A stretch of DNA of 64,000 nt from an uncultured Verrucomicrobiota bacterium (GTDB lineage: Bacteria; Verrucomicrobiota; Verrucomicrobiia; Limisphaerales; UBA1412), in the NCBI GenBank assembly GCA_964609795.1, contig CAZSTC010000001.1, forward strand, positions 17,518 to 81,517. The letters run 5' to 3'. Under the pieces are notes generated by a model, which was given only the letters and a program-made list of their open reading frames with translations, did not search any database and was not told where the DNA came from. Shown here piece by piece: positions 59,498-64,000 of the stretch. The position numbers were made by a program, and so were the translations under genes. Numbering within the stretch: the first letter of the stretch is position 1; the number at the start of each line of letters is the position of its first letter.

Positions 59498-60019
59498 ATG
59501 AGTGATCAGCAGACCAAACCGATGCGTTTTTATGCAACCTATCCATTCGAGATAGATTCCAAGAGACGTGTCCAGATGCCAGCCAAGTGGAGGCCCCCGG
59601 TTGTTCAGGAAGGGGGACGGCGCATGGCTGTTTTCGAAGTTGAGTTCATGCTGACACTGACCCGAGTTCGGGGTGACTCCTGTGCTTGTATTACCGCGAT
59701 GCCGGCTGAAGTATTCGAAGCTTATGCACAAAAAGTGGATGGGTTGCCCTTGCTTGATCCGGCCGCTGAGCGTTTGCGCCGCTTTCTGGGTTCTCGCTCC
59801 GAGCCGGTGACGATGGATTCCGCGGGTCGAATCACTCTTCCCAAATGGATGGCTGATAAGGTCGGAATTGAACAAAAAACGGGCGCAGACCAAAATTCTA
59901 CGACGGTTGTTCTTCGAGGTGAGGTAGATCGTTTCAGCATTTGGAGCAAACAGAAATTCGATGCCGATGAAATTGAGAACCAAAAGGAAGATGATCAAGA
60001 GCTAGAGAATCAGATTTAA
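59498..60019 (+). CDS. mraZ: Transcriptional regulator MraZ
   Basis: Two DxxxR repeats are present (EIDSKRRVQMPAKWR and MDSAGRITLPKWM). The track GTG 59459 lies upstream of the predicted -10, so ATG 59498 or ATG 59522 (MRFYATYPF) is more likely. Confidence 0.85.
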   Translation: MSDQQTKPMRFYATYPFEIDSKRRVQMPAKWRPPVVQEGGRRMAVFEVEFMLTLTRVRGDSCACITAMPAEVFEAYAQKVDGLPLLDPAAERLRRFLGSRSEPVTMDSAGRITLPKWMADKVGIEQKTGADQNSTTVVLRGEVDRFSIWSKQKFDADEIENQKEDDQELENQI

Positions 60020-60039
60020 AACTGTTGAAAGGGCAAGGA

Positions 60040-60489
60040 ATGGAGAGTCTAGAATTACGAAAAGAAGTTGTGCATCCAGTAAATGGATCCAACAGGGCCG
60101 CTACAATGCAGCTTTTTGTACCCGCTTCACAGGCAAGTCAGGTTGTTGAGCCTGTGCGAACTGCGGTCGGTTCAGCACCCCAGGTAGGGGTTGCCGTGAG
60201 AATCGCCAACCCACAAACCGGGACTCCGATAGGACAAGTTCGATTCCTGGACTATCTTCTGAATCCCTGGAGAGCGATCAGTCTCCAACGGGATTTACGA
60301 GAGCAAAAAAGGATGGAGCGACTCTCGAGGGTGCAGGTTCTCCGGAATGATTTAACCTATCAGGATGTGGAAATTCGTTTAAGAGGAAAACTGATTTCCA
60401 GCCGAAAAGTTCAGAAACTTCTGAGTGAGGAGCTTGCAACCGAAAATTCTTTTTTCCGCTCCTTGTTTAACAAAGTACTCCGCGCATGA
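60040..60489 (+). CDS. Hypothetical protein inserted between mraZ and rsmH
   Basis: ATG 60040 follows AAGGA. The 149-aa protein has no TM segment, a charged central helix (LQRDLREQKRMERLSRVQVLRNDL) and a C-terminal amphipathic FFRSLFNKVLRA. I recognise no family. Confidence 0.55.
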   Translation: MESLELRKEVVHPVNGSNRAATMQLFVPASQASQVVEPVRTAVGSAPQVGVAVRIANPQTGTPIGQVRFLDYLLNPWRAISLQRDLREQKRMERLSRVQVLRNDLTYQDVEIRLRGKLISSRKVQKLLSEELATENSFFRSLFNKVLRA

Positions 60490-60492
60490 AAA

Positions 60493-61425
60493 GTGGAAGA
60501 ACGTGCTCACAGCCCTGTTTTGTTGAAGGAGACGCTTCAACTGCTCTGCCCGAAGGTCGATGGGGTCTACTGCGACGGAACTGTCGGTGGGGGTGGACAC
60601 GCCTCCGCCATTCTCCAAATGAGTTCTCCGTCCGGAGTCTTATACGGCTGCGATCGAGATGGAGATGAACTTGAGAGTACCGCCCGGCGGTTGGGTGAAG
60701 AGTTCAAAGAGCGTTGTCATTTTCAGCATGGAAATTATTCTCAGATAGAGATACTGTTTCCAGGGGTTCGCTTTGACGGAGTTCTCCTGGACTTGGGATG
60801 CAGCTCTATGCAGTTAGACCAATCCCATCGCGGTTTCAGTTTTCTGGGTGACGGCCCCCTGGATATGAGGATGGATTCGAGCGATCCCGTAAAGGCTGAA
60901 TCTGTGATAAATGAATATTCGGCCGAACAACTTGCAGATATTTTTTACTACTACGGCGGAGAGAGAGAATCCAGAAGGTTAGCCAGAGCGATTGTGGAAG
61001 AGCGGATGCTCAGGCGGTTTGTAAGCACTCGGCAATTAGCGGATTTTATCGAGGCAAAAATGCCCAGAAGAGGGCAGAAGATTCACCCGGCAACACGAAT
61101 ATTCCAAGCTTTGAGGATAGAGACGAACCGTGAGTTTGAGCATTTGCAGGAGGCTCTGGAAAAGCTGCCGCCTTTGATCAAATCCGGAGGAAGACTGGCG
61201 GTTATTACATTTCATTCTGGAGAGGATCGAATTGTAAAAGAATTTGGAAGAGCCTGCGCAAGAGATTATGTTTTTGAAGGAAATGTCGATATCCCGGAGC
61301 TTCGTAAAGAAAGAGCGCCCATCCTCAAGATTATCACCCGCAGGCCCGTAGAGGCGACTCTGGATGAAGTGAAAGTAAACCCTCGAGCCAGAAGTGCCCG
61401 GCTCAGGGTCTATGAAAAAATTTAA
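60493..61425 (+). CDS. rsmH: 16S rRNA (cytosine1402-N4)-methyltransferase RsmH/MraW
   Basis: HSPVLLKETL, DGTVGGGGHA, DLGCSSMQLD and ITFHSGEDRIVK. GTG start. Confidence 0.93.
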   Translation: MEERAHSPVLLKETLQLLCPKVDGVYCDGTVGGGGHASAILQMSSPSGVLYGCDRDGDELESTARRLGEEFKERCHFQHGNYSQIEILFPGVRFDGVLLDLGCSSMQLDQSHRGFSFLGDGPLDMRMDSSDPVKAESVINEYSAEQLADIFYYYGGERESRRLARAIVEERMLRRFVSTRQLADFIEAKMPRRGQKIHPATRIFQALRIETNREFEHLQEALEKLPPLIKSGGRLAVITFHSGEDRIVKEFGRACARDYVFEGNVDIPELRKERAPILKIITRRPVEATLDEVKVNPRARSARLRVYEKI

Positions 61426-61436
61426 CTCAACAAGCG

Positions 61437-61796
61437 ATGAATACCAGAACCAACAGATCTCAACCCGGATGGAAGTTCTTGCCCTTCAAGTTCGTCCTGG
61501 GCTCAGTCGGTCTGGTCCTTTTAATTTTGATTTTGGGTGTGGTGCATTTGCGGCTGCAGCAGCAAAACCATGATTTGGGAGAGAAGCTCAGAGCTTGCGA
61601 ATTTGAGCTGAGGAATATCCGGGAAACCAACTCAGTGCTTTCCAAGGAACTGGGTAGGCTGAAAACTCCTGAAAATATCTTGAAGCGAGCCGAAAACATG
61701 GGTTTAGAGCTCAGTCCCGTTATTGTGACTCAAATTGTCAGACTTCCGGAAGTTGAGATTCCGACTCCCGGAGAAGCTCTGGAAAAAGAAAAGTAA
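61437..61796 (+). CDS. ftsL: Cell division protein FtsL-like
   Basis: It sits between rsmH and ftsI. A single TM (VLGSVGLVLLILILGVVHL) is followed by a coiled coil and ILKRAENMGL. Confidence 0.75.
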   Translation: MNTRTNRSQPGWKFLPFKFVLGSVGLVLLILILGVVHLRLQQQNHDLGEKLRACEFELRNIRETNSVLSKELGRLKTPENILKRAENMGLELSPVIVTQIVRLPEVEIPTPGEALEKEK

Positions 61797-61799
61797 GCC

Positions 61800-63887
61800 A
61801 TGTTGAGAAGTAATCAGATTCAGTGGATGCGAGCAGTGATCTGCTTCCTTATTGGCGGCTTTCTTATTCTGTCTGGTCGGCTGACTTATATACAGGCTTA
61901 CCGTCATGATAAGTACAAAGGCATTTCCGAAGGACGCGTGAATCGCACCGAGTTTTTTTCTCCCAGACGAGGTGAAATACGGGATGTCAACGGCAATCAG
62001 TTGGCGGTTACGCGCGACGTGCGAACCGTCGTTTTAGACCCCGGTCTTTTAGCAAGTGTGGACCCGATCACCCGCCGTGAGTATTTAGATTTGGTTTCTT
62101 CTTTGTTGCATCTGGATAGAGGATTTTTAAACGAGAAGAGCCGTTTTTTTAGGTCTCAATCAGGGGATAACTGGGTTTTGCTCATGGACACCGCCGGGAT
62201 GCCGGTGGTAACGGCTGCCGGAATTCCGATTTACTCACCTCTGGATACGAATGGCGTTCCCAATTCTGACGTGATGGGTATCGCAGTGGTGGATCAAAAT
62301 AATCTGCAACTGACAGACCGGCAGGGGAAACCTCTTTATGCACTCCTGAATAAAAATCGCGAGGTAATCACGAATCGTTATGAGCGGCTTTTGAAAGAAT
62401 TACCGGTTGAAGAATGGGAACAGGTCAGGAGGCGGATCAGCGAGTTCCCCATCGATAAAAACCGGGAAGGATACAACCGGAAGACGGCCCTTAACTATGA
62501 AGCGTTGAGGAAGATTGTGCTCTACTCGGAGCGCGACTTTAAACGAGAATACCCGAACGGCAGATTCATGGCTCATCTATTGGGGTATACTCAAAGTGGT
62601 GAAAAAGTGTTGGAGGGTAAAAGCGGCTCTATAACAGTCATGAAAGGGCTGGAAGGAGTTGAAAGGGCATTTGACGATCAACTGACAGGAACAGTCGGCT
62701 GGCGCGATAAAGTGGTCAGGAGCGATGGAAGCGAAATTCTTTCCAGTCGTGGGCATAGCTTTGAAGCCGGAGATGGCCTAACTGCGGTTCTAACTCTGGA
62801 TTCAATCATACAGGGAATTGTCGAAGATGAGCTCAAGAGCGTCATGGAACGGCATGACCCGAAATCGGCCTCCTGTGTGGTGGTCGAGGTAAAAACAGGG
62901 CGGGTTCTCGCCTATGCAATCGCTCCGGATTATGATCCCAATTTGCCATCGGCCTCTGATCCTGAGAATTGGAGAAACCGGATTATCATGGATTTGATCG
63001 AGCCGGGCTCCACCTTCAAGATTGTCGCATTTTGCGCAGCTCTCAATGAAGGCCGTTATGGTGTGAAGTCTCCGATTGATTGTTCCTCCTGGAATTCGGA
63101 ATGGGGCAGGAGACCCAAAGAATCCAGTGGCGGTAATTATGGAACTCTCACGATGGAAGAAATGCTGGCAAAATCCTCAAATGTCGGTTTTGCAAAAATG
63201 GGTTGGATGCTCTCGCCCTCGGTAGTTAATCAATATATACGCGACTTCGGATACCGCTCTTTAACCGGGATTATGCTGCCGGGTGAGCGGACACACACGA
63301 ATAACGCGATTCTGCCTGATAAGGATAAGCTCAGCATCAGTCGTGTCCCCATAGGGCAGGGAATCGCCGTGAGCCAATTGCAGTCTACGATGGCTATGGG
63401 GGCTGTGGCTAATGGAGGCATTCTGATGCGTCCGCAGATATTGGATCATCTGGAAGATGATCTCGGGCGCTATGCTTATGAACAGATACCTCAACCCGTA
63501 AGAAGGGTCATGAGCGAAAAAGTGGCAAAAGAGGCTGTTCATGCTCTGAGAACGGTCACTCAAAAGACTCGTACACATACCGGAACCGCCTGGCGTGCGG
63601 ATATGAAATATCATACAGTGGGAGGTAAAACCGGAACCGCACAAAAAGCAGCACCCGGCGGAGGCGGCTACCACCCCGATAAATACTATGCCTCTTTTGT
63701 GGGCTTCTTCCCTACGAGCGACCCGGTAATCGTGATGAGCGTCGTAGTCGATGAACCCAAGAGAATAAGCGGCTATTATGGTGGAACCGTTGCTGCGCCT
63801 GCGTATAAAAATATTGCAGAGGGAATCGCCCTTTACTGGGCTATACCCCCTGATAAAGATTTGGAAACCAATACGGTTAGAAGATGA
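61800..63887 (+). CDS. ftsI: Class B penicillin-binding protein / peptidoglycan D,D-transpeptidase FtsI
   Basis: The transpeptidase motifs are SxxK (GSTFKI), SxN (KSSNVG) and KTGTA. It has an N-terminal TM anchor, at 695 aa. Confidence 0.92.
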   Translation: MLRSNQIQWMRAVICFLIGGFLILSGRLTYIQAYRHDKYKGISEGRVNRTEFFSPRRGEIRDVNGNQLAVTRDVRTVVLDPGLLASVDPITRREYLDLVSSLLHLDRGFLNEKSRFFRSQSGDNWVLLMDTAGMPVVTAAGIPIYSPLDTNGVPNSDVMGIAVVDQNNLQLTDRQGKPLYALLNKNREVITNRYERLLKELPVEEWEQVRRRISEFPIDKNREGYNRKTALNYEALRKIVLYSERDFKREYPNGRFMAHLLGYTQSGEKVLEGKSGSITVMKGLEGVERAFDDQLTGTVGWRDKVVRSDGSEILSSRGHSFEAGDGLTAVLTLDSIIQGIVEDELKSVMERHDPKSASCVVVEVKTGRVLAYAIAPDYDPNLPSASDPENWRNRIIMDLIEPGSTFKIVAFCAALNEGRYGVKSPIDCSSWNSEWGRRPKESSGGNYGTLTMEEMLAKSSNVGFAKMGWMLSPSVVNQYIRDFGYRSLTGIMLPGERTHTNNAILPDKDKLSISRVPIGQGIAVSQLQSTMAMGAVANGGILMRPQILDHLEDDLGRYAYEQIPQPVRRVMSEKVAKEAVHALRTVTQKTRTHTGTAWRADMKYHTVGGKTGTAQKAAPGGGGYHPDKYYASFVGFFPTSDPVIVMSVVVDEPKRISGYYGGTVAAPAYKNIAEGIALYWAIPPDKDLETNTVRR

Positions 63888-64000
63888 AGTTAGCTCAATT
63901 AATAGCGGGTTTAGGCAAGGTGGAAACAGTGGGTTCTCTGGACCGGGAGGTAACGGGAATAGCCTATGACTCGCGCTGCGTGACACCCGGAAAATTATTT
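63883..64000 (+). CDS. murE: UDP-N-acetylmuramoyl-tripeptide synthetase MurE, 5' fragment (runs off the window)
   Basis: The ATG overlaps the ftsI stop (ATGA). MKLAQLIAGLGKVETVGSLDREVTGIAYDSRCVTPGKLF matches MurE N-termini, and the dcw order fits. Confidence 0.8.

Noticed and set aside
59050-59998. Minus-strand ORFs 59050-59283 (77 aa), 58890-59258 (122 aa) and 59396-59998 (200 aa) across the mraZ leader and gene.
   Set aside because: The translations are Phe/Leu/Lys-rich reflections of the purine-rich plus strand. One is antisense to mraZ, which carries both DxxxR repeats. They are spurious.

Overview
This 64-kb window is core chromosome at about 50% GC and carries roughly 70 protein genes and 3 tRNAs. 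I found no rRNA, CRISPR array, transposase, integrase or phage genes.

Layout, left to right:
- 1-3.3 kb: a small carbohydrate cluster with a 5'-truncated parallel beta-helix protein, a Tat-signal O-methyltransferase and a rhamnose mutarotase.
- 3.3-12.4 kb (minus strand): an M16 peptidase, then a tightly coupled string of hemE, hemN, hemY, an 870-aa two-module U32 protein and a small membrane ORF. A 2-Cys peroxiredoxin follows.
- 12.8-44.6 kb (plus strand): the translation and transcription supercluster.
  - tRNA-Thr, tuf, tRNA-Trp, tRNA-Ser, secE, nusG, rplKAJL and rpoBC.
  - rpsL, rpsG, fusA, and the S10, spc and alpha operons through rplQ.
  - rpmJ is present but missing from the ORF track. 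rpmD and adk are absent.
- 44.6-57.6 kb: thiD, priA, a ZIP metal transporter, glnS, a GH127-like enzyme, tatA, an oversized tatC, hisD and a Tat-lipoprotein of unknown function.
- 57.7-64 kb: a divergent membrane-anchored repeat protein, then the start of the dcw cluster (mraZ, an orphan ORF, rsmH, ftsL, ftsI and a 5' fragment of murE).

Gene content suggests a PVC-type polysaccharide degrader (Verrucomicrobiota- or Lentisphaerota-like). This is inference only.

I do not see a self-contained novel defence, mobile or secretion system. The best candidates for undescribed biology are:
- the U32 double-module protein translationally coupled to heme biosynthesis genes;
- the 426-bp mraZ upstream region packed with phased GTG or AAGT boxes, plus an orphan gene between mraZ and rsmH;
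- poly-cysteine tails on the peroxiredoxin and on L15;
- a very diverged infA squeezed between map and rpmJ;
- a promoter, leader and terminator unit in front of the ZIP transporter;
- a TatC of about twice the usual length.

All functional calls come from motif recognition by eye. No database search was possible.
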